Assembly (NCBI GenBank): GCA_025464795.1
Contig: JAODNB010000031.1
Span: 1 to 39,657, forward strand
From: Frankiales bacterium
GTDB lineage: Bacteria > Actinomycetota > Actinomycetes > Mycobacteriales > SCTD01
DNA length: 39,657 nucleotides
Direction of reading: 5' to 3'
Numbering within the stretch: position 1 is the stretch's first letter; the number at the start of each line of letters is the position of its first letter. The position numbers were made by a program, and so were the translations under genes. Shown here piece by piece: positions 16,341 through 25,929 of this stretch. A model generated the notes under the pieces. It was not told the origin of the DNA. It was given only the letters and a program-made list of their open reading frames with translations, and made no database searches.

Positions 16341-17465
16341 TCAGGTCGTCGCCGGGACGCAGCGGGCGGCGGCCGTCGAGATGCGGTCGGAGCGCACGAA
16401 CGACGCCACCTGGTCGCGGTCGAGGCCGTTGGTCAGGAAGCAGAAGGACAGCCCCGTGTCAGGGTCGGCCCAGGCCATCTGGCCGCCGAGACCACTGGCA
16501 CCGAAGGCCCGCGGTCCGACGCCTCGGCCGAACTGGCGCATCGCTGCCTTGCCGTCGTCGCCTGCCACGGTGAGACCGAGGGTCCGCAGCGCCGGAACCT
16601 TGGTCCACGGGTCCACGAGGTCTCCCGTGCGCACGTGCCCGGTGCCGTCGGAGAGGACAGCCGGGTCCCAGAGGCGTCCGGGGTTGTGGAGCAGCGCCTG
16701 GTAGAGCAGCGCGATGTCGTCAGCTGTCGACACGGCCCCGCCGCCAGGCACCCCGGCTGCTCGGACCGCGGGGTCGTTGAACAGCACCATCGAGTCCTCG
16801 GGGATGCTTGCGGGAAGCTCCTGCTCCCCTGGCGTTCCGATCCGGACCACGTCGAGCACCGGTGCGTCCGTGGCGCCGAGGCTGAGGCTCGTCAGCCCCA
16901 GCGGCTCGAGAAGCTGCTCGCGGATCGTGGTGCGGAAGTCCTGCCCGGACACGACGTCGAGCATCGTGGCGACGACCCAGTGGGCCGACGTGGCGTGGTA
17001 GGTGAGGGACTCCCCCGGGATGCCCTCCACCCGCCAGCCTGCCATCTTGGCCCGACGGGTCCCCGCATCACCGCCCTCCAGCGCGGTCATGGGAGCGAAG
17101 GGGAAGCCGGCCGTGTGGGTGAGCAGGTGCTCGAGGGTGACGGCGTCCTTGCCGTCGCCGGTGAACTCGGGCAACAGGTCCACCACTCGGGTCGTCGGCG
17201 TCAGCCCCTTGCCGAGGTAGAGCCAGGTGGCAGCGCACGTCACCGCCTTGGTGACGGAGAAGGTCGTGTAGCGCGCGTCCGGCGCGGCCCCTGCGGTGTG
17301 CCGGACGACGACCTCCCCGCCGTGGGCGAGGGCGAGCTGACCGGTGGGCATGCGGCCTTCGCTGACCTCGGTGTCGACGATCGAGATCAGCCTGGCGACG
17401 CGTTCCTCGTCGAGGCTGCTCAAGAGCTCGGACCTGACAGGACGCGGACGGGGACCAGCTCCCAT
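16341..17465 (-). CDS. Serine hydrolase, beta-lactamase/EstB-like (class C fold)
   Basis: S-x-x-K motif (FSVTKAV) and the beta-lactamase-family layout. An alternative start TTG 17423 would overlap the upstream stop as TTGA. Confidence 0.8.
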   Translation of the reverse strand: MGAGPRPRPVRSELLSSLDEERVARLISIVDTEVSEGRMPTGQLALAHGGEVVVRHTAGAAPDARYTTFSVTKAVTCAATWLYLGKGLTPTTRVVDLLPEFTGDGKDAVTLEHLLTHTAGFPFAPMTALEGGDAGTRRAKMAGWRVEGIPGESLTYHATSAHWVVATMLDVVSGQDFRTTIREQLLEPLGLTSLSLGATDAPVLDVVRIGTPGEQELPASIPEDSMVLFNDPAVRAAGVPGGGAVSTADDIALLYQALLHNPGRLWDPAVLSDGTGHVRTGDLVDPWTKVPALRTLGLTVAGDDGKAAMRQFGRGVGPRAFGASGLGGQMAWADPDTGLSFCFLTNGLDRDQVASFVRSDRISTAAARCVPATT

Positions 17466-19105
17466 GGCTGGGTCGCACGCATGTCGCTCACGTCGACCTC
17501 ACCGCGCTCGAGCTCGCCGGTGGCGGCGTCGAGGAGGCGGTACCGCTGGCACTGCCGCTGGATCGGCTGGGCCTCGAGCATCACGACGCGGAGCTCACCG
17601 GGCTCCCAGTGGCAGCGCTCCTGAAGGGCCTCGAGGAGCTGCTCGTTGTGCAGGTGCCCGTCGCCGAAGTTCCACCCCAGGACGACGCCAGCGACGAGCT
17701 CCCCCTCGACCATGAGGTAGTCCGTCTCGTCGGTCGGGCCGCAGGCGCGCGGCACCAGGCTGAGCAGCGCCCGACCGTGGCTGTGCATCGAGCGGAACGC
17801 GTACCCGATCCAGATGGGGAGGTCCATCTCCTCCTTGCCGTAGAAGGACTCCAGGACCGTGTACGGCAGGGGCGCGGCACGCACGGTGTGCGCCTCGAGC
17901 TTCGCCAGGCCGGACTCGGTGAACAGCCACTGCGAGGTGTCCCAGTTCCCGGCGTAGTAGCGCATCGCCGGCAGGAAGGACACCTTGTCCGGTCGGGCGT
18001 TGCCGTACACGACCGTGCCCACGATCACGGCGATGAGGGCGAGGACCGGGAGCGGGTGCACCAGGTCGCCGGGGTGGACCCCCGCCTGGTGCACGAACAG
18101 CGACAGCACCGCGAAGCACATGAAGACGTTCCACTCCAGCGGCGCGCCCTGAGGCATCGACAGCAGGATGCCCAGGTGGAACAGGATCATCACCGTGGCG
18201 GCGACCGTCGTCACCGTCCCCCCGCCGGCGACGACCAGGACCAGGGGTACGAAGAACTCGACCGCCGTGCTCGTGTGCGCGATGGCCTCGGCCACCCGCG
18301 AGGGCCGGAGGTCGTCAGGGAACTTCTTGTGCAGCAGCCGCTTCAGCCTCGAGGACCGGATGACCGCGCTGTTGCTCAGCATGCAGGCGATCACGTTCGC
18401 GAAGTGGAACGTCAGCTTGGATCCCGCTGCACCCCACCAGATGCAGAGCATCACGAGCTTCGAGCCGATGACCGCGTCGACGCCGGAGAACAGGAACGTG
18501 ACGGCGAGGCTGCCGTAGACCTCGGCGCGCGCAGCCAAGAAGATCGTCTTGTCACGCAGCCCGATCAGGACGAGCAAGACCAGGACCGTGACGACCTGCG
18601 TCCGCGGAATGACGCCCAGCAGGGTCCAGACGAGCGACCCCAGCAGGGCGGCGTACAGGAGCACGTCGACGGGCGCGCGGGCGCTCCCGCGAGTGCCGGG
18701 AACGCGCGAGGGCCACGGCGGGAGGCGGATCGTCCCCGGTCGCAGCCAGTAGAGGAACGCACCCATCGGCGGGGTGAACCGGAGGTTCAACGGTCCGAAC
18801 CCGCAGCCCAGTCCGAGGACCTCGAACAGCATGGTCCAGAAGACCGCCTTCTGGAACACCACGGGATGAGACCACCAGGTGCCCACGTCGGTGAAGCCGT
18901 CGATACCTGGGGTGCTCAACGCGAACAGCATCCCGAGAACCACGTACACGGCGATCTTCAGGGCGTAGACGACGTACACGATGTCCGGGGTCCCGAAGCC
19001 CACCTCCGCGACGTGCCGAGCCATCGGCTTGAGGCGCTCGCTGCGGCTGCCCTGCCGCCAGCTCTCGAGGTCGAGGTCGGGGAACGCCGGGTTGATAAGT
19101 CCCAT
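17420..19105 (-). CDS. Polytopic membrane protein, DUF3556-like, unknown function
   Basis: 561 aa with many hydrophobic helices followed by a soluble C-terminal ~190 aa. The size and N-terminus (MGLINPAFPDLDLESWRQGSRSERLKPMARHVAEVGFGTP...) match my recollection of the DUF3556 family. The ATG overlaps the esterase stop (TGATG). Confidence 0.75.
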   Translation of the reverse strand: MGLINPAFPDLDLESWRQGSRSERLKPMARHVAEVGFGTPDIVYVVYALKIAVYVVLGMLFALSTPGIDGFTDVGTWWSHPVVFQKAVFWTMLFEVLGLGCGFGPLNLRFTPPMGAFLYWLRPGTIRLPPWPSRVPGTRGSARAPVDVLLYAALLGSLVWTLLGVIPRTQVVTVLVLLVLIGLRDKTIFLAARAEVYGSLAVTFLFSGVDAVIGSKLVMLCIWWGAAGSKLTFHFANVIACMLSNSAVIRSSRLKRLLHKKFPDDLRPSRVAEAIAHTSTAVEFFVPLVLVVAGGGTVTTVAATVMILFHLGILLSMPQGAPLEWNVFMCFAVLSLFVHQAGVHPGDLVHPLPVLALIAVIVGTVVYGNARPDKVSFLPAMRYYAGNWDTSQWLFTESGLAKLEAHTVRAAPLPYTVLESFYGKEEMDLPIWIGYAFRSMHSHGRALLSLVPRACGPTDETDYLMVEGELVAGVVLGWNFGDGHLHNEQLLEALQERCHWEPGELRVVMLEAQPIQRQCQRYRLLDAATGELERGEVDVSDMRATQPWELVPVRVLSGPSS

Positions 19106-19953
19106 CAGGTGTTCAGTGCCCTTCGGAGCGCGCCGAGCATGTCCTCGGCCATCCTCTTGCTGACCGCTGCCTCCGTCACCAGGGAGGACCCGTGGAAGGT
19201 CCCGGGATAGCTGTGAAGCTCGACGGAGACCCCGGCGGCGAGCAGCCGCATGGCGTACGTGATCCCTTCATCCCGCAGCGGGTCGAGCTCCATGGTGGTG
19301 ATGTGCGCCGGTGGGAGCCCGCTCAGGTCCGCCCGCCGGGCCGGTGCCGCGTAGTGGTCAGCGGGCTTGCCGCCCAGGTAGTACTGCCACGACCGAACGG
19401 CCTGCGGCCGGCTCCAGAGCGGCGTGCCGACGAACGCCTGCATCGACGGCGTCTCGAGGCGGTCGTCGAGCTCGGGGATGCCGAGGGACTGGAAGCGAGC
19501 AGTCGGCCCTCCCCGGTCGTGCGCGAGCAGCACCGTCGCTGCCGCGAGACCGCCGCCGGCGCTCTGCCCGTGCACCGCCAGGCGGCTGCTGTCGACCCCC
19601 TCCAGAGCGGCGAGGTACTGCAGCCCGGCGTAGCAGTCCTCCAGGCCAGCGGGGTAGGGGAACTCCGGCGCCAACCGGTACTCGACGGACACCACGACCG
19701 CATCGATCGCGTTCGCGATCTGGACGGCGCCGCCGTGCTCCATCGCGACCGAGCCGAGGCAGAACCCACCACCGTGGAGGTAGAGGACACCGGGATGGGG
19801 GCCAGGCGTCCGAGGTCGGTAGACGCGCACGCCGACGCCCGCTGTCTCCGCATCGGCGATGTCGAGCCGCTCCTCACCCGGTACCGGGCCGGCAGGCACG
19901 AGCAGCGCCATCATCTCGCGCGCGGCAGCGACGTCGTCCAGCCCCTGGGCCAC
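19105..19953 (-). CDS. Alpha/beta hydrolase, hormone-sensitive-lipase-type esterase/lipase
   Basis: HGGGF oxyanion motif, GQSAGG nucleophile elbow, DPLRDEG, FHG. Coordinates follow the track (GTG 19953). The in-frame upstream peptide (..IDPADFPTLDPELAPILALLPD) looks like genuine N-terminus, so the CDS may extend to about 20019. Confidence 0.85.
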   Translation of the reverse strand: MAQGLDDVAAAREMMALLVPAGPVPGEERLDIADAETAGVGVRVYRPRTPGPHPGVLYLHGGGFCLGSVAMEHGGAVQIANAIDAVVVSVEYRLAPEFPYPAGLEDCYAGLQYLAALEGVDSSRLAVHGQSAGGGLAAATVLLAHDRGGPTARFQSLGIPELDDRLETPSMQAFVGTPLWSRPQAVRSWQYYLGGKPADHYAAPARRADLSGLPPAHITTMELDPLRDEGITYAMRLLAAGVSVELHSYPGTFHGSSLVTEAAVSKRMAEDMLGALRRALNT

Positions 19954-20029
19954 GTCAGGCAGCAGGGCCAGGATCGGCGCGAGCTCGGGGTCAAGGGTGG
20001 GGAAGTCGGCGGGGTCGATGGTCGTCTCC

Positions 20030-20620
20030 TCAGGTCAGGCCGGGTACGAGGAACTCACGCACAAAGGCGAGGACGGACCGCGGGTCATCGGCATCGACAG
20101 CATCGCCGGGCACCGTCGCCAGGCTGAGCACGAGGCGCAGCACCCACTCGGCGGCCCTGGCCGGGTCCAGGTCCGCGCGCACCTCACCGCGCGCCATCGC
20201 CCCTACCAGGTAGCGCTGCCAGAAGCCGATGAGGCCCGGCACGATCTCCCGCACGCCGGTGCCGATGACCGCGGCGAAGGCCTCGGGCTCCTGCTCGCGC
20301 AGCTGCAGGACGAAGGGGGCCAGCTCGGCGGTCCGGCTGAGAGCGACCGCCTCCGCCACCTGCTCGGCGATGCCGTCGACGGACGACAGCCGGGCATGAG
20401 CGCTCTCCCAGAAGGCCTCGTCCAGGCGAACCAGCGCGGCGCCGAGCAGCGAGGACTTGTCAGGGAACTGGCGGTAGAGCCAGGCGCGGCTGATGCCGGC
20501 CTCCTCCGCGACACCGGCCATCGTCGTGCGCCGGATCCCGTCCCGACGCAGGCACCGCTCCGCGGCGTCCAGGAGCCGGTCGCGACTGGTCGCGGGCACC
20601 TCCGCGTGCAGCTCCGACAT
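20030..20620 (-). CDS. TetR-family transcriptional regulator
   Basis: ATG 20620. RDRLLDAAERCLRRDGIRRTTMAGVAEEAGISRAWLYRQF is a TetR HTH. It is the first gene of the minus-strand operon. Confidence 0.9.
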   Translation of the reverse strand: MSELHAEVPATSRDRLLDAAERCLRRDGIRRTTMAGVAEEAGISRAWLYRQFPDKSSLLGAALVRLDEAFWESAHARLSSVDGIAEQVAEAVALSRTAELAPFVLQLREQEPEAFAAVIGTGVREIVPGLIGFWQRYLVGAMARGEVRADLDPARAAEWVLRLVLSLATVPGDAVDADDPRSVLAFVREFLVPGLT

Positions 20621-20674
20621 GACGCGGACGGTACACAGTTGGAAAGATCTGTCTACTCCCCGTACGGTGCGGCG

Positions 20675-21691
20675 GTGCGCAGCGTCGTGGTCGAAGGAGC
20701 AGGGCAAGTCCGCGTCCTGACGGTGGATGACCCCGAGCTCCCCGGCCCTGACGGCGCCATCGTCCAGGTCCTCGCGACCGCCATCTGCGGCTCGGACCTG
20801 CACTTCTACGACGGCGACCTCCCGATGTACCCCGTCGCCGTAGGTCACGAGGTGGTCGGCACCGTCGTCGAAGCGGGCCCGGACGTCTCGCGCTTCGCCG
20901 TCGGCGACAAGGTCCTGGTCGCGTCGGTCGCGGGCTGCGGGGCCTGTATCGGTTGCGCCACAGGCGATCCCGTGACCTGCCTGTCGGGTCCAAAGGTGTT
21001 CGGAGCCGGCGAGCTCGGCGGTGGCCAGTCGACGCTGCTCGCGGTGCCCGCGGCCGACTTCCAGCTGCTGCGCGTGCCCGAGGGGATCGACGACCACGCG
21101 GCGCTGCTCCTGACCGACAACCTCGCGACGGGCTGGGCAGGGGCCCAGCGCGCCGACTTCTCCCCTGGCGCCACGGTCGTCGTGCTCGGCCTCGGAGCTG
21201 TCGGCCTGTGCGCTGTGCGATCGGCCCTCGCGCTCGGTGCCGTACGGGTGCTGGTCGCCGACCCCGTCGCCGGGCGGCGGGCCCTCGCGGTCGGCGCTGA
21301 GCCGATCGAGGGGCCCACAGTCGACGCGGTGCTCGCGGCGACCAACGGCCGCGGAGCCGATGCGGTCATCGACGCGGTCGCGCTCGACCAGACCCTCGAC
21401 GACGCGTTCCTGGCGGTGCGCCCCGGCGGCACCGTGTCGGTCATCGGTGTGCACAACCTGGAGCCGTACCCGCTGCCTGCCCTCATGGGCCTCTACCGCA
21501 GCATCACCCTGCGGATGACGACAGCCCCGGTCCACCGCACCTGGGCGGAGCTGGTGCCACTCATCCAGAACGGTCGGATCTCCTGTGAGGGGATCTTCAC
21601 CCACACCTACGGCCTCGAGGATGCCGCGGCCGCCTATGCCGCCGTCGCGGCCCGGACAGCTGACTGCGTGAAGGTGGTGCTGACGCCATGA
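20675..21691 (+). CDS. Zinc-type alcohol dehydrogenase (MDR family)
   Basis: GTG 20675 ([10 protein letters not shown]...). [15 protein letters not shown], the structural-Zn Cys cluster [15 protein letters not shown], and the GLGAVG Rossmann motif. Confidence 0.85.
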   Translation: MRSVVVEGAGQVRVLTVDDPELPGPDGAIVQVLATAICGSDLHFYDGDLPMYPVAVGHEVVGTVVEAGPDVSRFAVGDKVLVASVAGCGACIGCATGDPVTCLSGPKVFGAGELGGGQSTLLAVPAADFQLLRVPEGIDDHAALLLTDNLATGWAGAQRADFSPGATVVVLGLGAVGLCAVRSALALGAVRVLVADPVAGRRALAVGAEPIEGPTVDAVLAATNGRGADAVIDAVALDQTLDDAFLAVRPGGTVSVIGVHNLEPYPLPALMGLYRSITLRMTTAPVHRTWAELVPLIQNGRISCEGIFTHTYGLEDAAAAYAAVAARTADCVKVVLTP

Positions 21692-22404
21692 GCCAGGTGA
21701 TCGTCACGGGAGCCGCTTCCGGCATCGGCCGCGCCTGCGCTGAGGTGCTCGTCGCTGAAGGCCATCACGTGGCGCTGTGGGACCTCGTGCCAGAGGTCCT
21801 CGACGTCGCTGCCGGCCTCGGCATGACCGGGCAGATCGTCGACGTGACAGGCGATCTCGACGCACCTGTGGCCGTCGCCGCTGAGACCCTCGGAGGTCTG
21901 TCGGGACTCGTGCACGCGGCCGGGCGCGTGGCCGTCGAGCCGGTAGGGGCCTTCACGGCCGCCTCCTGGGACGCCGTGCTGGACGTGAACCTGCGGGCAC
22001 ACGCCCTGCTCGTCCAAGCGATGCTCCCGTGGCTGCAGAAGGCGACGAACGCCAGCGTGGTGGCGATCTCGAGCATCGAAGGGCTGGCCGCCAACCCGTT
22101 CATCCCTGCCTACTGCGCCTCGAAAGCAGGCCTGCTCGGCCTGACCCGTTCGATGGCGGCGCAGCTCGGCCCCGAGGGCATCCGGGTGAACTCCGTGTGC
22201 CCGGGCTTCATCATCACGCCGATGATCCAACCGGCCCTCGACATCGATGAGATCCGCATCGGCTTCGAGCAGGCCGCGCCCCTGGGACGCATGGGCCAAC
22301 CGGTCGAGATCGCCCACGCCGTGGCTTTCCTGCTCTCGGACAAGGCGTCCTTCATCACCGGCACCGAGCTCGTCGTGGACGGCGGGCTCATCTGCAAGCA
22401 CTGA
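21688..22404 (+). CDS. Short-chain dehydrogenase/reductase
   Basis: ATGA overlap with the ADH stop. TGAASGIG and YCASK motifs. Confidence 0.9.
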   Translation: MSQVIVTGAASGIGRACAEVLVAEGHHVALWDLVPEVLDVAAGLGMTGQIVDVTGDLDAPVAVAAETLGGLSGLVHAAGRVAVEPVGAFTAASWDAVLDVNLRAHALLVQAMLPWLQKATNASVVAISSIEGLAANPFIPAYCASKAGLLGLTRSMAAQLGPEGIRVNSVCPGFIITPMIQPALDIDEIRIGFEQAAPLGRMGQPVEIAHAVAFLLSDKASFITGTELVVDGGLICKH

Positions 22405-22422
22405 GCCGCTTAGGGTCGTGAG

Positions 22423-24783
22423 ATGGCGCAGGAAGGACGACTGTTCTCCCGGGCTGCGGAGAAGCCGTACAAGCGCCGGCCGGCCGACGCCTTCCGACTG
22501 GTCATCGCGGTCGGCCTGGTCGCCTGGCTCTCGAGCGACTCGGGCCACAGCTCGGACCTGGCGCTCTCGGTCTTCCAGGCCGTCAACGGACTGCCGGGAG
22601 ACCTCCGGCCGCTGGCCGACTTCCTGTACGACCTGGCGACGCTGTCGAGCGTGGCAGTCGTGGCCGTCGCTGCTCTGGGCGCCCGGCGCTGGCGGCTGGC
22701 GCTCGACCTTCTGCTCGCAGGCGCTCTCGCCTGGCTCGTCGCGAGAGGCCTGGGTCTGGTCCTCGCGGACGGGTTCCGGCGGGGCCTCAGCGCCACCATC
22801 CGCTCGCGTGGTTCCGAGGCGTTCCCGGACGTGCCCCTGTCGGTCGTGGTCGCCGTGGCCGCCACGGCAGCCCCCTACCTCGGGCGACCCGTCCGCTGGC
22901 TGTGCGGCTCCCTGGCAGGACTGCTGGTGCCCGTGGAGATGTATCTCGGCACGTCGCTCCCCAAGGCTCTCGGCTGCGCGGTGGCCGTCGGCGTTGCCTC
23001 GGCTGCCTGCACCCATCTGAGCTTCGGCTCCCCCGCCGGCCGACCGACCTTCTCGCAGGTCCAGCAGGCGCTCCACGACCTCGGCGTGGTCGCTGCGCAC
23101 AACGTGCGACTGGCCTCGGTGCAGCCCGCTGAGCACACGATGATGCTCGCCGACGACGCCGACGCCCGGCTGGTCATCAAGGTGCTGGGTCGGGACGAGC
23201 GGGATGCCCAGCGGCTGGCCAAGCTCTGGCGGTTCCTGGTGTACCGAGACTCGGGCCCGACGCTGTTCCTCACCCGCTTGCAGGAGGTCGAGCACCAGGC
23301 CTACGTGATGCTGCTCGCCCAGCAGTCCGGTGTGCGTACGGCGCCCCTGGTCGTGGCCGGGGCAGGCGGGCCCAGCACTGTCCTGCTCGCGGAGCGGGAG
23401 GTCCCGGGGACGGTGCTGTCCGAGCTGCCCGAGTCAGAGCTCAGCGACGCAGTCCTGACCGACCTGTGGCTGCAGGTCGGTCAGCTCCACCACAGCCGGA
23501 TCGCCCACGGCAGGCTCACCACGCGCGAGGTCGTGGTGGACGCCGGCCGTTGCACCCTGGTCGGCTTCGGGCGCGCCGAAGCGGCGACGACCGCGGAGCA
23601 GCGGGCCTCGGACACCGCTGAGCTGCTCGCGACGACCTCGGCCCTGGTCGGTCAGGAGCGGGCACTGGCGGGCGCCCTGGGGCTCGGCGCCGCCGAGCTG
23701 GCAGCCGCCCTGCCGCTGCTGCAACCTGCCGCGCTCAGCCGGGCTGCGCGACAGCTCGTCGGGCGCTCCGGGTCGGACCTGGAGGAGCACCTGCAGGCGC
23801 TGCGCGAGCAGGCTGCCGTGGCCGTCGGCGAGCCGGTGCCCGACCTCGAGAGGCTGCGACGGGTCAGCGGCCCCACCGCGGCCCTCGCCGCGAGCCTGGT
23901 CGTCGGAGTCGGTGCCCTGCTCACCGTCGTCGGGGACCCGTCGAGCCTCGCCCACCTGGTCCGAAGGGCCCGGCCCGGGCCACTGGTCGGGGCTGTTGCC
24001 CTGTCTCTGGCCAGCAACGTCGGGTTCGCCCTCGCACTCGCTGGTTCGACCCGCAAGCGCCTGCCCTTCTGGCCGAACCTGAAGGTCCAGGTCGCCGGCG
24101 CCTTCTCGAACATCGCCTTCCCGCTCGGCAGCCAGGCCCTGCAGATCCGCTTCCTGCAGAAGCAGGGCCTGTCCGGCGCCGCGGCCGTCGCCGGTGGCGG
24201 GGTCGTGAACCTGCTGGGAGGCACCGCCGCGCAGGTGGGCCTGCTCGCCCTCGCGGTTGAGGCGTCGCCCGGCCGGGTCGACGTCGGCGAGATCCCCGCC
24301 GGGGCCATCAGCCGCACCCTGGAGATCGGAACGGTGCTGGTGCTCGTCGTGTCCCTGCTCGTCCTGACGGTCCCGAGCCTGCGGCACCGCGTCCTTCCGC
24401 CGTTCACCCGGGGCGCCCAGGCTCTGCTGGACGTCGCCCGAAGTCCCCGTCAGCTCTCCCTTCTTCTCGGCGGGTCGGTCCTGGCCTACGTGCTCAGCAG
24501 CGCGGCGCTGTCCGCGACACTGCTGGCGTTCGGGCAGACCCTCCCGATCTCGGAGGTCATCGCGGTCAGCGTCGGCGTGACCCTGGTCGCCGCCCTGGTG
24601 CCACTACCGGGCGGGGGTGGTGCCGTCGCGACGGTGGGCCTCTCGGGTGCCCTGATCAGCCTCGGGGTCCCGCGCTCGGAAGCGGTGGCCACGGCTCTGA
24701 TGAACCCGATCGTCGCCCAGTACGCCACGGCTGTGCCGGGATGGATCGCCCTTCGCTCGCTGCTCAAGCGCGGCGACCTGTAG
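22423..24783 (+). CDS. Large membrane protein: N-terminal TM bundle + kinase-like domain + C-terminal UPF0104/LPG-synthase-TM (flippase-like) domain
   Basis: 786 aa. About 6 TM helices, then a protein-kinase-like region (LVIKVLGRD...LLAEREVPG...IAHGRLTTREVVV...LVGFGRAE), then about 8 TM helices resembling the lysyl-PG synthase TM domain. Confidence 0.75.
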   Translation: MAQEGRLFSRAAEKPYKRRPADAFRLVIAVGLVAWLSSDSGHSSDLALSVFQAVNGLPGDLRPLADFLYDLATLSSVAVVAVAALGARRWRLALDLLLAGALAWLVARGLGLVLADGFRRGLSATIRSRGSEAFPDVPLSVVVAVAATAAPYLGRPVRWLCGSLAGLLVPVEMYLGTSLPKALGCAVAVGVASAACTHLSFGSPAGRPTFSQVQQALHDLGVVAAHNVRLASVQPAEHTMMLADDADARLVIKVLGRDERDAQRLAKLWRFLVYRDSGPTLFLTRLQEVEHQAYVMLLAQQSGVRTAPLVVAGAGGPSTVLLAEREVPGTVLSELPESELSDAVLTDLWLQVGQLHHSRIAHGRLTTREVVVDAGRCTLVGFGRAEAATTAEQRASDTAELLATTSALVGQERALAGALGLGAAELAAALPLLQPAALSRAARQLVGRSGSDLEEHLQALREQAAVAVGEPVPDLERLRRVSGPTAALAASLVVGVGALLTVVGDPSSLAHLVRRARPGPLVGAVALSLASNVGFALALAGSTRKRLPFWPNLKVQVAGAFSNIAFPLGSQALQIRFLQKQGLSGAAAVAGGGVVNLLGGTAAQVGLLALAVEASPGRVDVGEIPAGAISRTLEIGTVLVLVVSLLVLTVPSLRHRVLPPFTRGAQALLDVARSPRQLSLLLGGSVLAYVLSSAALSATLLAFGQTLPISEVIAVSVGVTLVAALVPLPGGGGAVATVGLSGALISLGVPRSEAVATALMNPIVAQYATAVPGWIALRSLLKRGDL

Positions 24784-25929
24784 TCAGCGAACCAGCGCTG
24801 CTGCGACCGCGGCCCAGCCCTGAGGGATCGCGCCGAGACCAGCGCCCGTCTCTGCGTTCCGGTACTCAGCGAAGCCCGACGCGAGGACGCCCCGCGCGCT
24901 CGCTCGCGTGACCTGCTCGACGACCTCGTGCCGGTCCCATCGACGGGCAGCGACCGCGATCATGTAGTCCAGCTGCGGCCACGCCGGCCCCCGCCAGTAG
25001 GCGCTGGGGTCGTAGCGCGGGTGGTCCGGCGGCAGGAACGCGACCCCGTGCGAGGCCCCGAACCTCGAAGGGTCAGCCACCTGGTCCAGGACGCGGTGCG
25101 CCTTCTCGGCATCGGAGCTGCACAGGGCGCCGAGAGCTCCGTCCAGGGTCGGGATGCGCACCGACTCGCCACCGCCCACGAGGGCGTGGTCCACCCACAG
25201 CCCCTGGTCGTCGTCCCAGAGGTGCGTGTCGATCGCCGTGGCCAGGTCCTGCGCCCGGCCTTCCCAGACCGCGTCACCGGTGAGCGCGAACAGCTCCGCC
25301 GCAGCATGGGAGGCGAAGGCGTTGAAGGCCGACGGGGCGCAGACGAAGGCGCTCGACCCGACGGCGGCACCGAGCTCGTCGTAGCCGGTCGACGGCACCA
25401 GCCCCCGGTCCCACGCGCTGAAGGCCGCGTGGTCGTAGGTGGTCGTGCCCACCCAGTCGTCCCACCGCGGGGAGTCGTCCGAGCCGGACTCCCACGGATG
25501 GACGATCGCGAGCAGCCCCTGGGGCGTCAGCCGGGAGCGCCACAACCAGTCCAGGCCGGCCGCAGCCCTCGCGACGACATCGGGCGGGAGCGGAAGTCCG
25601 CCATCTCGGATGCAGCGCGCGGCGTGCGCGTAGATCGGCGGCTGCGTGAAGGAGGACCTGTCGGGGAGCGGCCCCCTGCCGGCCGAAGGCCCGAGGTAGC
25701 GCATGTGTGGCACGAACCCGCTCGCGAGTGCTCCTGAGAGGCAGCTCGCGAGCTCGCGTCCGGCGCGGTCGTCCCCGAGCGCGGCCCAGGCGATCGCGTG
25801 GAAGCACGAGTCCCACAACCACTGGTGCGGGTACACGATCGGGTTCGGCGGGCAGAAGCCGTCCTGCTCGCGCCAGGAGCTCTCCAGGACCCGTCTTGCC
25901 CCGTCCCTGACCTCGTCGCCGGAGACCAT
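24784..25929 (-). CDS. (alpha/alpha)6-barrel glycoside hydrolase, GH63/MGH1-like (glucosyl-/mannosylglycerate hydrolase family)
   Basis: Real start is ATG 25929, overlapping the SDR stop (TGATG). YPHQWLWDSCFHA, HPWESGSDDSPRWD, YWRGPAWPQLDY and GFAEYRNAETG are motifs I associate with GH63-like hydrolases. The first 36 codons of the track ORF overlap the SDR gene and are R/G-rich. Confidence 0.75.
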   Translation of the reverse strand: MVSGDEVRDGARRVLESSWREQDGFCPPNPIVYPHQWLWDSCFHAIAWAALGDDRAGRELASCLSGALASGFVPHMRYLGPSAGRGPLPDRSSFTQPPIYAHAARCIRDGGLPLPPDVVARAAAGLDWLWRSRLTPQGLLAIVHPWESGSDDSPRWDDWVGTTTYDHAAFSAWDRGLVPSTGYDELGAAVGSSAFVCAPSAFNAFASHAAAELFALTGDAVWEGRAQDLATAIDTHLWDDDQGLWVDHALVGGGESVRIPTLDGALGALCSSDAEKAHRVLDQVADPSRFGASHGVAFLPPDHPRYDPSAYWRGPAWPQLDYMIAVAARRWDRHEVVEQVTRASARGVLASGFAEYRNAETGAGLGAIPQGWAAVAAALVR

